Below, in pieces: positions 11,721 to 25,000 of a stretch of DNA of 64,000 nt (within the stretch, counting starts at the first letter, position 1; each line of letters begins with the position of its first letter). Position numbers and translations under genes: made by a program. The notes beneath the pieces are model-generated. The model did no database searches. It was not told the origin of the DNA and was given only the letters and a program-made list of their open reading frames with translations. The stretch is from Phoronis australis. Lineage: Eukaryota > Animalia > Phoronida. Location: contig NMRA01000322.1 of the NCBI GenBank assembly GCA_002633005.1, positions 62,001 to 126,000 of the forward strand. Reading direction: 5' to 3'.

Positions 11721-13899
11721 AGATTTCTTCATAGTGTATGTTAATAGGGAAGTTGTTTTAAGGTGCCAATTGACCTATCGCCAGGATTATGACGGACGGC
11801 TTAATTGACCAATTAGACCTCAGCATTCTTGGCACACCTTCGTCTGCGTTTTCAAGCCGCCATTTTACCCGACAAACCACACGTAGTCGAGTAAAACTTA
11901 CTTTAGTCTATAGCTCAAGTGCTTGGTTTACCCCTTGATATGCACTAAATCTCATTTGGTTTTTCTGATACAGACCTCGTGCTCGTGTTTATACTGATCT
12001 TGGAAAAATGTTTTTGTTTCGACATTCGTTTCAGTAGAAAATTTGTCAACTTACATGTAGTAAGACTATTGAGACATTTTAAAAATTATGAATAACTATG
12101 ATTTTTTTCAATGAATGTATCTGACCCTGTAACAAGTTTTGATATTTGAAATAGGCATTTTAGTATTTAAGTACCTATTTTTCAAAAATTGCGATTTTTC
12201 AACGGTCAGATTTTTGGTCATTTTAATGAAAAAGTGAGCAAAGGATATAGCATATGTGAATATGAAACCAGTGTGATTTGTAGTATTGGGCTAGTTTAGT
12301 ACAAACATAAAGTCAAAAGTTTGGTCTTTTGCCCGCTTAGTGGTTGACATGTACTTTTACTGAGTACACCTTGCACTGTTTGGCTACACAGCTTCAGTAA
12401 TTACACTGCGTTTTACATAAAGATGCACCACAAACATAACGATTCGAATACGTTTAGTGCATACGAAGGTATTTTTTTAATGTAGAGGGTTTGAATTGGT
12501 ACTATCGGAAGCCCAAGAACGGGGGGCGAGACGTTTCACCCCTCTGTTAACTTTAGCGATATTCCTATGTTATCTGGTGACAACATTCACTTCGAATTTG
12601 TAATGATGGGGCAGTAATGAGAAGGGTATGGGACAAGAGTGAAAGTGGTGATGTCATGATGGTGAAGGTTTCGGCGGGGGCGACTTTGGTCCCTCAACAA
12701 ATTGCAAAACGTGATTCTACTCATACGGCAAGGTCTGCGTGTTTTACACTGTTTCTCAGATCAATCCTTAAATACATTATATCATAGTTTAGCATGTAAC
12801 TAGAAAACATGCAACTTTTACCTCTCAATAGGTTTGGTTATGAGTTATGAAGTGGTCTCTTATTTATGAGTTTTGTAAAAGTTGTGTAGTTAGTTCAGCG
12901 ACAATACGTTTAAGCCTAAAGAACTGTTGGCAATGCTTGATCGAGCGGCCACACGAATAGAAACCTGACTGCATAAACAATTTCTTGCCATTTATGACGT
13001 TGAATTTTTGGGTTAGTGAGCACCAAAAAATCAGCCTTTGTTAGATAATTCTTATATAACTGGCGTCAAAGTAAAAAATGACCCCTTGTATCAAACGTCA
13101 TACTACCATTAATTTGAACACGAGCATCCGGGTAATGGGCAATGTACCTGCATCCAGACATTTGCAACAATCTTGCTAAAGAGGTTGGTGGTGTAGTGAG
13201 ATATGGTGCGAGCTTGTAACATGTAAAAATGCTGGAGGGTGAATTATTAAATCCAATGACATTGATACATAACTGGCATTTTTAGAAACTGTACATCGCG
13301 ATGCCTGTCAAGTAATTTTCTGATAAGTATTATATCAGGCTACACCCCCGTTGGACTTGATCGAAAAAGGTGAGCAACCAAACATTTGACCTTTGTAACT
13401 GTAACTTTTATTTGTATTCTACATATTTCAAGAGTCATTTTGTTACAACTTGCTATATCCTCTCCAATAACTTAGTTTGAGGTTGGTTCTTAAATTAGGT
13501 GTTACGACAAAACGAGTGCCCCCACGAAGGCGTTAATTTTTTTCTTTGAAATTTTTTGGACTGGTGACGAATATTATACTTACCTACGCATTATCGAACA
13601 TCAGTTCCTTATCTACACGGATTAGGGCTGTTATCAAAAGAAGTTATTTTTAAGTTGAAATTTTTGCATGCCCCAAGCAGAAATTTTAGGGGGTATAAAA
13701 ACAGACGGAAAGGTCAATGAGTGTATTATGGTGACTAGTGTTGTTTGAAATAGATATGAATCCACTGGCAAAAGTTTAGCCAATTCTGTGACGGGTCATG
13801 CAGATTTTTTTAGGTTCTCTCAGGAATTGCTACTTAACAACTTGTGGAATTTTTAAAAACCTTTTCGCAAATTCTTTTTGACTGTAATAGTGGCATTGA

Positions 13900-14500
13900 T
13901 GATTTTCATAAATTTTGGAAAGGCAACTTAACTCAAACACGCTAAATGGCTTCCATCTACAGTATACTACAGTATACCCTTTGTTATTTAACCATTTGAT
14001 TTACGAGACATCCCTTACTGGAAAATTTCTTGTCTTTTAATGCACAGTAGTAAAATGTCAATAACATTGTTATAATTATGGTTGGACTCATAAAATGATC
14101 AATGCTTAAAAACTGGCAGATGTTTTTGCAATTAGTGACTTATTCATGTTTCTCTGTTTTCTTTTGTTTGAATTGGGATACACAAATGTTGGATAGTGAC
14201 AAGATTACTGAATAAGGCGCTACTGTAAGACAGGGAAACATTTGGTAAAACTTTCGATAAATTGTGGGCATGTATTTCTAAGGAAAAGTAAAATAAATGT
14301 CTCATTTTAGGGACAGGTCGTAAATTTAACAGAAGATCCACAGGTTGCAGTTATTTTGACAATTTATAGTTGACAAAAGTTAATTTGGAAATCAGCTACC
14401 ATAAACTGTGTACATTTTTCGATTCAAATATGGAATTTGGCTGAATGTTCTTAATTGCGGTACTGTTACTCGAAAGCTTGATGGAAATATACATCTAGTT
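13900..14500 (-). mobile_element. Possible highly decayed L1/Tx1 ORF2 C-terminal remnant
   Basis: FRVTVPQLRTF..RHLFYF weakly resembles the zf-RVT region. Confidence 0.35.
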
Positions 14501-14576
14501 TGTTTAATTGTCTCGGCGTATGCGATTGAGTGTACGTGGTCGTGACATTGTACTATACCGTACCATTGTGTTTCAG

Positions 14577-14742
14577 GTGCGGTCTCACAAATCAAAATCC
14601 GTATCTTTACTACGGAGCCTATATAGCACCAGTCTGCTTGATGTTAGTACTCAATGCGGTGGTGTTCTTGCTTGTCGTAAAAGTACTCTTAACCCCACGA
14701 TTCGATCAAGTGAGAGGTGAAAACAAGATTAGTCCGTCTCAG
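14577..14742 (+). CDS. Adhesion GPCR exon: ECL2 Cys, TM5, ICL3
   Basis: tttcag|GTGC...TCAG|gtatgc. Confidence 0.88.
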
Positions 14743-17700
14743 GTATGCTAATTTTCGTGAAATCCTATTTGTGCTTTAGTAATGCCGGCAATGTACACTC
14801 AAACCCGTTATCAGGGCTGCTTTCCGTAGCCGCAATGCATTAGCCAAGCAGCTGCGGTCGCTATTTATTGAACAGAAAGACTGAATCCAATCCCATAATT
14901 TATGGATTCAAACTCCATTCTCTTCAGTTGCACCATGTTGTTAGGTCAAGATAATAACGTCTCGAGTATGCTCGCGAAACGCGCCGTTCACTTGCGTGCT
15001 TTTGCGTGATCTCGCTTTTTCCGCAAGGAACTTCAAATCTACGGAACTCTACCTAGGTCATTTAACGATGCCTCAAACTTATGTGCACAAGAAGACTTTG
15101 AACAATGCCCAAACTACCAATTAGGCATTTGACAGACGCCTACCATAAAACATCAATACTTTTTGTTATTCTTTATGTAGAATTGACATTCATTGAAGGC
15201 AGGATATAATGATCGTTTACATGTATCAACTTGAGGAGTTTTCCTTAAGTCCTGAAAAGTCTTGCGCCCCTTACGTTTCACGCCTTTATAAGTCTTAGTT
15301 CCTTGTATTTCGTTCATTTCAATACTGTCCAAAGGCGTTTCTACGATTACTGCTGGACTCCACGCTACGTCTAAACAAGTTTGGTTTACCCCTCAGAGTT
15401 GCAACTATTGGCGGGTACCCAGAGTTTTCTCTCCACGTAGCGCATTAGAAAACGTCTGATGCTGCAAAAAGTTCACGTCAAACTATTCCGCTAGACGCGC
15501 GTTTCCACGTAAGCAAAAAACGCAAAAAACGGAACTGTTTAGACAAGTACCTCTACAACTTTGGAAAGAGGTGAGGAAGCGCATGGTTCTCACAACATAA
15601 GCCAGGCCATTTACATTGTATATGCTGTTGAAAACAATCAGAATTGTGCGGATTTTTATAACATAGCTGAAATGTCATTACAGTGAAAAGGGGTGTGCAG
15701 ATTTAACTTGATAGATGTAACTCTAAACTACCTTCAACGTTTGAATCCCATGCATCTCATATTTTATATGACATTTATATCTCTTATGGGAGGTGAACAA
15801 TAGATGAGGATATACATATTGGGTGTAATCAGTTAATCGACTAGTATCTTGTATAAGTGACAAGACTCGGATTAAAATGTCTTTATACACTTTATCTAAC
15901 GTTTTCATGTATTAAGATGGACGTTACCAAGACACAGCAGCAACAGATGAGGGTGGTACGAGATTTGACTCTTGAACGGTGTCCGAATTGCTAAAACTGT
16001 CACTGGTGCGACACCACAGGTTAAAATTTCACCAAAGAAATAAGGTTATAGAAACTGCTAACAGGGGGACCAGCATCAGTCGAATCATCGACCGATTTCA
16101 TAATCATAGAAACATACCAAATAACGAAGCTGCTTTACGGGATGTACGAGACACGGCTGAAGATTGTATGTAGTCGAGGACTGTAAAATACCAGATAGTG
16201 TATTTTTCAATCGAATGTTGCTTGGAAACAAACAAAAAGCTCATTTCTATTTTTTCATTTATGTCACACAGCAACCTGATGAAAAACAACATTTGAAATC
16301 ACTAGCACCCCGTAAACTGACCCCCGGAGCACCTCAAAATATGCATATAAATGAGCAAAACTAACCGAATTTTAGCTTCAATAAAGGTTTAAAGATTGTT
16401 TATAAAAATGCAAAGACTATTTTCTGATAGAGAGATTCAATGTCTTCTCAAACATCAAGGGATTTTTTTTCATTTCTCCTTCATCTTAATCGCTTTGAAG
16501 CTACTTTACTCTCTGAACATTTTTAAGTCAAAAATTGGATATTTTGGCTCATCATATTCATGATTCTCTAACTTAAAAATAATGTTCCAAATTTTTTAAA
16601 TAAACATGTTGAACGTGTATCACTAGTATGCATGAACGCACAATTGTTCTTCAAAATCCGAGTCGGTGTCCCTGAAATAAACTTTTGGTGCTCCCGTGCA
16701 ATGGCAGCAATAATATGTTACGAACTAGAGTCAGCACCTACGGATAAGATGCCCTTTCAAAACGACTGGTCTCCTTCCTATTCCAGATGGGAACGCTGTA
16801 TGTGACAAACGTAAAGATTTTGCTGGGTATTTTAAATGTTTTGATAAATACCTTTTGCAATCCAATATGATCGACGATATGCCTGTCTACACTAGTAGAT
16901 AAGAGATAGGCATCAATTTTGATAAAATGTTCATGCTTTAAATAATTTTCAGAGAATGAAAAAGAGACATGTAATGATTGTGGTTTTATGTTGAAGTAAA
17001 TTTTGATATGACAGAGACGTTTTAATCCACTGAAATAAAAATTAGTTTTCACACTAAACTAATGGACCAAAACCTACTTCACGACTGAAAACTGGATTGA
17101 AAGCGAAAATGGACCTAAACAACAAAAATAGGCATAATAGGCCAAAATGGGTATAATGGACCAAAATGGACATAATGAATCAAAATGGACAAAATGGGTC
17201 AAGCACTCCTGACCCATTATGTCGATTTTAGCATAATTGGTCAAATCCCAATTAATGGTCGTTCTAATTATTCTCTATGACACATGAATTAAATGGGACT
17301 AACAAGTAAAAAATGACACAATGAGATACACATGACTGTGAAATTACACAAATGACGACAAGTTTTTGTATTGGTTTGTAGATCAGAGGCGTCTTGACCG
17401 TAATGGTGATGCTTGGAACCTCGTGGATATTTGGAATCTTACAGATCGGCAGCGTTAAGGTGGCATTTCAATACGTCTTCGTCGTACTCAACTCAGGTCA
17501 AGGATTTTTAATCTTCGTTTTTCGTTGTTTCAACCATCCGGAAGTTAAAGATGCTTGGAAACAGCTTTTCTATGACGGTAGGAACCCAGTGGTCGTACAA
17601 AAGGCATTATCATTAAATGAATAACGCAAAATCCATTTTCCTAATACGATCAGACGTCACAATCTCGCATTCATTGACACCTGCCGTGGTGTGAAACAAG

Positions 17701-18180
17701 GTAGCGGACGACGGATGAAAGTGACCGGCCACACGCAACTTCGGCCACGAATAATTTTAAGCGCTTCTCACAAATACAGGTTTTCAAGAGTTGCTACTTT
17801 TCCTACTTTTTCCTACTTTTTTTTCTAACTGGTCTACATTGTATGTTTTCGGAGTAGTGAGTAGTTTCTTTTCTTTTTTATTCAATATAATAGGTACGGT
17901 ACAGATCACACAATTACACAATGCAATAACTTTTTTGTTCGAGTCAAGGAACAGTTAAGGTGTTAACTTACAGCCCTGATATGTACAAAGGTAACTTGAC
18001 AATGGAGGAAAGATAAACACAGTAGAGGCTAGGATTCATTCAGAATAAGGAAACAAGTTCAAGACCTTGCCAGTGCTCAAAAGATCACCATACATGTACT
18101 TCATTTTGTTTATACACACACACACACGCACGCACGCACGCACGCACACACAAACAACACGCACACACACACACACACAT

Positions 18181-18219
<39 letters not shown>

Positions 18220-21200
18220 GTTCAGTGGAAATGTACAATGCAACTTCCCTTTTAAACAGTGCAAGGCAGGGATATTTGCACTTAAATCTTTGTTTATAAA
18301 TGTGGTACCTGCTGAGGCAAAGAACCATACTTTGTAAAACTGCTTCCACCTGAACGCCAAATAGAACTGATTATATAAACAGTTCTAAACTATGTCCAAC
18401 AGCATCTTCGAACCAGTTATATACATTAGTCCAAAACTGCTGAGTAACGTTACAAGACCAGTACACGTGGACAATAGATTCAATTTCATCTAAGCAAAAA
18501 GTGCACAATGAGCTATCAATTACGCAAATCTTGTATAGAGTAGTGAGTAGTTGTTTTAGGGTATCAGGAACAGCACTCGAAGGACTTCTTCCAGCGCAAT
18601 CGATGCTAACCTAAATGTTGTGTAGTTGGAGAGTCAGGAGGACTTCACACTTTTGACTGTAAAAGGTTTGAGTTAATATTTCTATTGTATGTCACCTACC
18701 ATTGAAGAAAAGGGGCGGGTTAAGTTGCACAATCCTGTCATTTGGTCCATGGAAGGTCCAAAAAAGTACCTAAAAATCCGTTTAATTAAAGATTTCGAGT
18801 GCGACATCCGTTTCAAGTTTATTTCATTCAAATCACCACTTAAATTAAAATGATGCCTTTAAGACATGCAAATGCCTGGGGTTATTAATTAAGATGGCTG
18901 CCTAGTAACTGACAATTATCAGTGTATTTCAGCTTTTTAGTGCAAAAATAATATTTTTCAAAAAGATAGTTTAATAACTCTGGACACCATATCCACAGCT
19001 TAAAACGCAATTTGTCTTGGAAGTTGGAGATGGGAGTGTTTGTACCCTAAGAGATAACAAGACCCCCAAATATGAACTTGTATAAAAGAGAAAATAAGAC
19101 AATTTTGAAAAAAGTCCTTGAGTTATTGATTAAGACATTTATTAATTAACGACCAATAAACGATTGATTTGAAGCTGCATTTGAAGATCATTTTGACACA
19201 AAACTCGTTCCTAAAGGCATTTGGCAATTTTCAACACACTTCATATTCACATAGTTGCTATACGTTGTGTTTCTAACAAAATTGGGCAAGCAATCACAGA
19301 AATAAGGAATTTGCATGCAAAATCACTTAAGTGCAACAAAAATTCTTTTCCAAAAATATAGTGTAGCAGCGTTGGACACCATATCCACAACTTAAATCGC
19401 AATTTTCTTGGGGTTTGTAAATAAGACGGGATGTTTGAACCCCAAGGGACAATAAGACCCTACTGTAGGAGGGGTTTTGTAATAGAAGGATCTGAACAGA
19501 AAAGAGACTCAAGATATAACTCGAGAGGGAGTCGTTAAAACGAGAGCCACCTGTAATTCTCACTAAGGATTGGTGGAGCAACTTCTACAGTCTACTTCTA
19601 GATGCAAGAGGAGTGTATTTGGGGGTGATGGAAGATTGCACTCGGATCACTTCGTTGAAGATGGAGTAGTAAGCACAGAATCAGTTCCATCTCTAAATTG
19701 TAATCACTTGGAAGCCGACACCAGAGTCGTCCTTCATATGAATGAGGCGGACAGGTCCATACCTGACGACATCCCCAAAGAGCTTCTGACACTGACATTC
19801 TAGTGTTGCTCTTACCCAGCCTGTATGTCCATTCAGTTACATCCACAGTGTGGGTGGAGGTTGGGACTAAAGGAAAATGCATTCTGCGTTATTTAAATGT
19901 AACTAAGATTGCTACTGCGATAGCCCAAACTATGTGTGCTGCACTCCTGTTCACTGAGTCGTGATATCCCAACCGAAGAAGCATTGGAATCTTGCAGGAC
20001 TCAGCTCAATGCGGTCAACAAAATCTAGAATCCAAAATCAACGCTAAACATCCATTTGAGAAGCTTAAAAGCATCGAGGGCAGCAGTATTTTACTGTGTG
20101 AAGCTGAACTTAAGCACTTCACGTGGATAGACTATGGGGTAGCGCTCATCTCCAAATCTTGGTCAAAACACCCACCAATGGATGAGAAAATGTTGGCGGC
20201 GAATTTTGCATCATTTGGTTCAGTGGAAATCAGATGCCCCATGCGCTCATTAAAGAGGTTAAAGTCGAACAAAGCCAGATGACAATGGTGGCGATGCTGA
20301 GGGAGATGATGGTATGGACAGGGATGAAGACTGAGATCATGATCCTCTAGCAAGATAAATGGAATCATCTGATGAAGGGAGAGATGTTGGCAGTTAAGTT
20401 ACAGCAGAGTGACTAATTATTATTCTTTTTTTAGACTTCGGTTTTATCATTTAAACAATAGATGGTGCCATGCATCACAACCCCATGTGCTTTTATTTGT
20501 AGCCACTAGATATGCTTCAAGCAGTTTAGGTTTGAATTGAAGCCAGCTTATTTAGCTACCGCAGATGTATTGTAACTTAGTGTTCGTTTCATTTTTGTTG
20601 CATTTGAGAGTAAATTGGTATTATCTTCAGATGTGTTTTTGTTTATTTGATATAATATGTTCTATCCATATTAGTAATCAAAATTGTCGTATTTCCTCTT
20701 TTATACAAGTTCATTTTTGGGTCTTGTTATCCCTTAGTTTCCAAACACCCCCATCTTATCTGCTAACCCCAGGAAAAATTCAGTCTTACATGTAAGCGGT
20801 GGAGGTGGTGTCCAGAGTTACTAAACTGAATTTTAGAAAAAAATTGTGTTGCACTTAAAAAGTTTAAAGAAATTGTTAATTGGCCTTTAATTAATAACAT
20901 AACCTATCTTATGGAAACAATTGATGCGCTTAAAACCTGAAACATATCGTTAATTGGTGGTTACGATTAGTATGCATCTTAATTAATAGCTCCAGGCAAT
21001 TTTACGTCTTGTGTTGTATCATTTTAAATTGAATGTTGCTTAGAATGAATAAACTTGTAACGGATGTTGCACTCGAAATTTTAATGAAATGGATTTTTGG
21101 ATCCTCTGTTGAGCCCCCCAGGGACTTAAGCCCAGGATCGTGCAACAATACTTAAGATGCCCCTGGTGGGTGATGTAAAGTAGTACATGTATTACGAAGC

Positions 21201-22040
21201 CAAACGTTTTGCACTCAAAAATGTGAATAAAGTCCCACTACTTCTCCAACTGATGGTGAGTACTGCCTGTGACATGAGGTGAACATCACTCGTAAATATC
21301 GATGAAAACTTCTCCTGAGCGCCTGCTCTTGTTGCTATTATTTATTACTCTTCACTTCACAGTTCCCACTTTTTCCTATTTTTTTGAAAATGTGTCCTAC
21401 TTTTTTCCTGCTTTTTTGCCTAAAACTGCTTGAAAGCCTGCAAATGCCAACAAAGAACACTTTGAAGAAGAATTTTGAAATCTTGTTAACGCAAAGCCAT
21501 GTCATCTTTTCCTGCTTGTTTTACACTGGAAGTGCACCATTTAATTTTCGTCTTATTGTCTTGCCAGGTACTCTCAAAACTCGTCGAGGTAAATTAAAGA
21601 CTTCCGGCCAAGCAATTTCTTCGTCGTGTACTAGCAACGAAACAATGGCGCGATTCAAGTCCAAGCAAAAATCAACAGAAGTTCATAAAAACAACCGTCC
21701 TTCGAGGAATCACAACAGCTGTTCTGGACATACCAAGCATACGGAAGGCATTTCAATGAAGCTTTCCAACTTGTCAGGTCGTAATCCAAGTGCGAAATAC
21801 AAAAGAAATTTTGTTTTTGTCAACAGGGGTTACGACGTTGAATCGAGCTTTTCAAATCTTGAAAATTTGCCGAGGGAGGCAAAGCCCCATCAGAGCCTTG
21901 TTGTCGATCATACTGAGGTTTGTCAAGCCGGCGATGCTCTGTGTCTGCTGAATGCTTATAAGAGTTTTCTGGAAAAAGAAGACAGGTTAAACAATGAAAA
22001 TGTCGGTAATTCAAATCACCCACCAATTCCGGAAGACTGA
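14577..22040 (+). CDS. Adhesion/secretin-class (7tm_2) GPCR, 3' part (exons 14577-14742, 17382-17577, 21568-22040); upstream exons not found in window
   Basis: GT-AG sites with compatible phases (0 and 1). Spliced protein reads CGL..YYGAYIAPVCLMLVLNAVVF (ECL2-TM5), LTVMVMLGTSWIFG (TM6), FQYVFVVLNSGQGFLIFVFRC..EVKDAW (TM7/H8). AATAAA near 22210. Confidence 0.88.
17059..17210. repeat. ~10-bp minisatellite (aatggac[a/c]aa)
   Basis: aaatggaccaaaatggacataatgaatcaaaatggacaaaatggg. Confidence 0.7.
17382..17577 (+). CDS. Adhesion GPCR exon: TM6, TM7, helix 8
   Basis: ttgtag|ATC...GACG|gtagga; LGxxWxFG and NSxQGxxIF motifs. Confidence 0.92.
17867..18537 (-). mobile_element. 5'-truncated L1/Tx1-clade LINE with A-rich tail and 15-bp TSD
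   Basis: LCTFCLDEIESIVHVYWSC..QFW zinc knuckle; TSD gagtagtgagtagtt at 17852-17866 and 18538-18552. Confidence 0.88.
18114..18217. repeat. (CA)n/(CACG)n/(TA)n compound microsatellite
   Basis: Directly visible; interrupts the LINE ORF. Confidence 0.97.
18623..21252 (+). mobile_element. Internally deleted Academ-like (AcademX) DNA transposon with XPG/FEN-type nuclease remnant
   Basis: About 500-bp imperfect TIRs (tagttggag.../...ctccaactg); flanks gtg/atg; internal broken frame CNHLEADTRVVLH..DTDILVLLL..VWVEVGTKG and an acidic tail. Confidence 0.72.
21568..22040 (+). CDS. Adhesion GPCR probable terminal exon (Ser/basic cytoplasmic tail)
   Basis: ttgtcttgccag|GT phase-1 acceptor is in frame with the donor at 17578; open for about 157 codons to TGA. 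Confidence 0.72.
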
Positions 22041-25000
22041 TTTACAATGTGACGGCTGTACAAAGGTCCACAATAGACGGAATCACCCTTAACCATGGTG
22101 GTCAGATGAATTCGACGACTCATACGAATGTTATGTAGTATTGTCCCTGTTTAGCTGAGTTTTTGCTGGTCTTTTGTCTTACTATACACAATGTTCTAGG
22201 GACATTAAAAATAAAAAGTTTTGCAAAACCGGCGTCATGTTCATGAAAAATACAATCAAAGTTCTAGACGACAATTGATTTGCAAAAATTGCCTACCAAA
22301 ACTGGAAAACTTGAGTAGAGTTTTAACTACAAAAACTAATGTTGTTATACATTTAGAGAAATGATAGTATAAGCAACAATAGTGGGTTATTCATAGATAC
22401 ATGTAGATAAATCATAGCCGATCAAAACTTGAGAAGTCTTCTAAATAACGCGTTGACCTCAATGTCATGCTAGAAGCAAAGAACACGTATCACCCAAAAC
22501 TATCACTGATCACAGTTTGGGAGGTTGGCAAACTCAAAATTGCAAATTAACGGGATACTTCTTTTACAAGTGATTTATGTTAATGAGGAAGCTAGGTAGG
22601 TCATTTTAAGCCATGTGGTTTACACTAGCCAATGAAAAGCAAGGTCATATACAGATAGCAATATCCTGTATCGTCTGCTTCTGGGGAAGTCACGTGAGAT
22701 TGTTGTGATTATTTGTTTAGACGGGTTATTACTTAAAATGACAAGTTTAATTAAACACGAATTAGTTGCCAACTTTTAAGAACCTGTCGGAAAACTGCCA
22801 TTTAAGACCTCGGCATAACTGGCGTAGTAATGCTTTTTCTGGGAACATTAAATTGCCACGACCCAGAATATAAGGTAATATTAAGCTTATATTCGACACT
22901 GAAACCATAATATTTCTTCGGATATAAAGTCAGTCGTTATTTCTCTTGCGTAATCTGTTCATCATCCATGATCTGTAGTATCAAAACCAATAAAGTATCG
23001 ACTAATTAAAACCATGCCAGGACAATATTGAGTTACATAATTGGAAAACTAAACAGCACGTGTTGCTAAGGTTATTGGGGAAAGCCTTCAGTGTAGGTCG
23101 AAATAAATGGATGGCTTCTTTAATATAAGCTCATAAAGACAGGAGCTTATTGATGGAAAATGGTATACACTTATAATTTCGCCGTTTTTAGTGTGCTTGG
23201 CATGATAGACAGCAGAAATCAACTGAGCAGAACTATACATTGGGTTTGCTGGTTTTACAACAGTACCCATTTCAATTTAGTACATCGGGAATTTGTGAGT
23301 CAGGTTTTTTATTTAGACTACAGGCACTTGTTAACATTTCTTTACCCTGTGACAGCACAGTTACAAACAATCGAAAGGCAAAAGTATCATGTTTGTTATT
23401 AATTACTTAATGTTTATGTAAAGTACACTGATATGATGTATCAAATCACTTTTGAGAAGAATGGAAGTGGGGTTTTGGAATAGCAGCGTGCGTTGTACAT
23501 AGCGTAGGAAGACGGAAATGCCGTGTCATGCCAACTTGTCTGATACATTTTCTCAAATTTTTAGCCATTTTGAAGTAAATTTATTATAAATTATTTCTTG
23601 ATATTTTTAAAGAGATATTGGAAAATGCTAGCTAAACTCCATTTGCAGTCGAACAAAAGCAAGACTACTGCGAGAAATTTTGTTGCAGAAGATATCGTTT
23701 CTAATGGTAACGTTTGAACAAATGGTGAGCTTCTGTTATCACAGACAAAATGATATCTAGCTAAGAATGCAATTTTTTCGCCAAAACTACTCCAAAAAGA
23801 ACCATGTCTCTATCTTTAAAACGCTTTGAACACTCTACAGCAATGGCACTGGTCTTACCATGAATGTTTGGGATAGAAATGCATATCCGCTGTCATGGCA
23901 ACCCTCTATTAGATGTGTAAAATTATGCTTTGGGTATAGGTAATGATGTCACACCTTTTACCAAGCAAGCACGAGAACTTGTATTAGCCCGATTCATTTC
24001 ATTCAGTATTATGTGTTTTATGCAGCTGTTATTTTTCTGATGAAGCAGTTTTCATTTTTTTGCATTAGATTGATTGTCAAAAAGCGCTACCGGTTTTGAC
24101 ATACATGTGAATCTTTTGCATTAGCTACGTATAGCTTTTTATATTGTTTTAAACGGCCATTTTCATGTATGGCCATTTTTGGTCTTAAATAGTGTCATTC
24201 CTCTTATGGTATAATTTTGTTGGAATGTAGCGTCTGTAGTTCATTATATTGCTGTAATTTCAAAATACTCGGTTACCATGGTAACAGTGACCACTCAATT
24301 TATGCAACTCCATTACGTTTTTAGGGAGAGTCATTTGAGATTTGAGATTGGTTGCCTCATTCTTACATCAATGCCATTAAGCACAAACCAGTGATCTTGA
24401 AAGTAGCCGGTTGCCAATTCAGCTTAACAGCACCATTAAGTTTCAAGAAAGAGTCATCCAAGTATTTTTGGCAATGTGGCCTTCTTCCATATAACTCTAG
24501 GACTGGATTGCCAACTCTAGTACGTAATCAATTCATTCTAGTGTTGGTGCTTGCGAACCCGAGACTTCACGGACTGACTGCGAGAGTTTGCATTGAATTT
24601 CTGGTTGTTTGCTCGACAGAATGTTGATCGAGTGTTGTAGTTGTCTAATCAAGCCTGCTGCAATTTCATTGCTTCATTTTTATTCTGTCCTTTTTGTACA
24701 TAGTGGAATCACCAGGCGAGACTCTTGAGGTACGGTTTCAAACAACAAGCATGCGCAATTCAATCACCACTAGTACAGCAGCGACACCGCGAGGAGAATT
24801 CTCCGAATAGCCCCATTACACTGGTCATTCTTTATACGCATCGACTCGTGAGCCTCGTTGGATGCCGAGAATAGTCTCGTCTTCGATATCTTTTCAGCTG
24901 TACTCTTTTAAAGTCACTTTCGGAAACCAATTAAAGTACGTGTTCATTTTGAGACAAGACATCTTTGTTTGTTAAAATCGTTTTACCGTATTTTGTGAGA

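Larger units (their letters stand above)
17777..21440. mobile_element. Outer non-autonomous DNA element (CAGG...CCTG TIRs) hosting nested insertions
   Basis: caggttttcaagagtt / aactgcttgaaagcctg inverted ends, ttttcctact sub-terminal repeats at both ends, flanks caaata/caaatg. Confidence 0.6.

Noticed and set aside
11730-13840. Possible DNA-transposon ends (also 14813-16675, 22300-24300, 52690-52930)
   Set aside because: Repeat-like texture, but I could not establish matching TIRs, TSDs or coding motifs by eye
21384-21567. Signal-peptide-like N-terminus of the 218-aa ORF
   Set aside because: Derived from a T-rich transposon end and polypyrimidine tract; the coding part most likely starts at acceptor 21568
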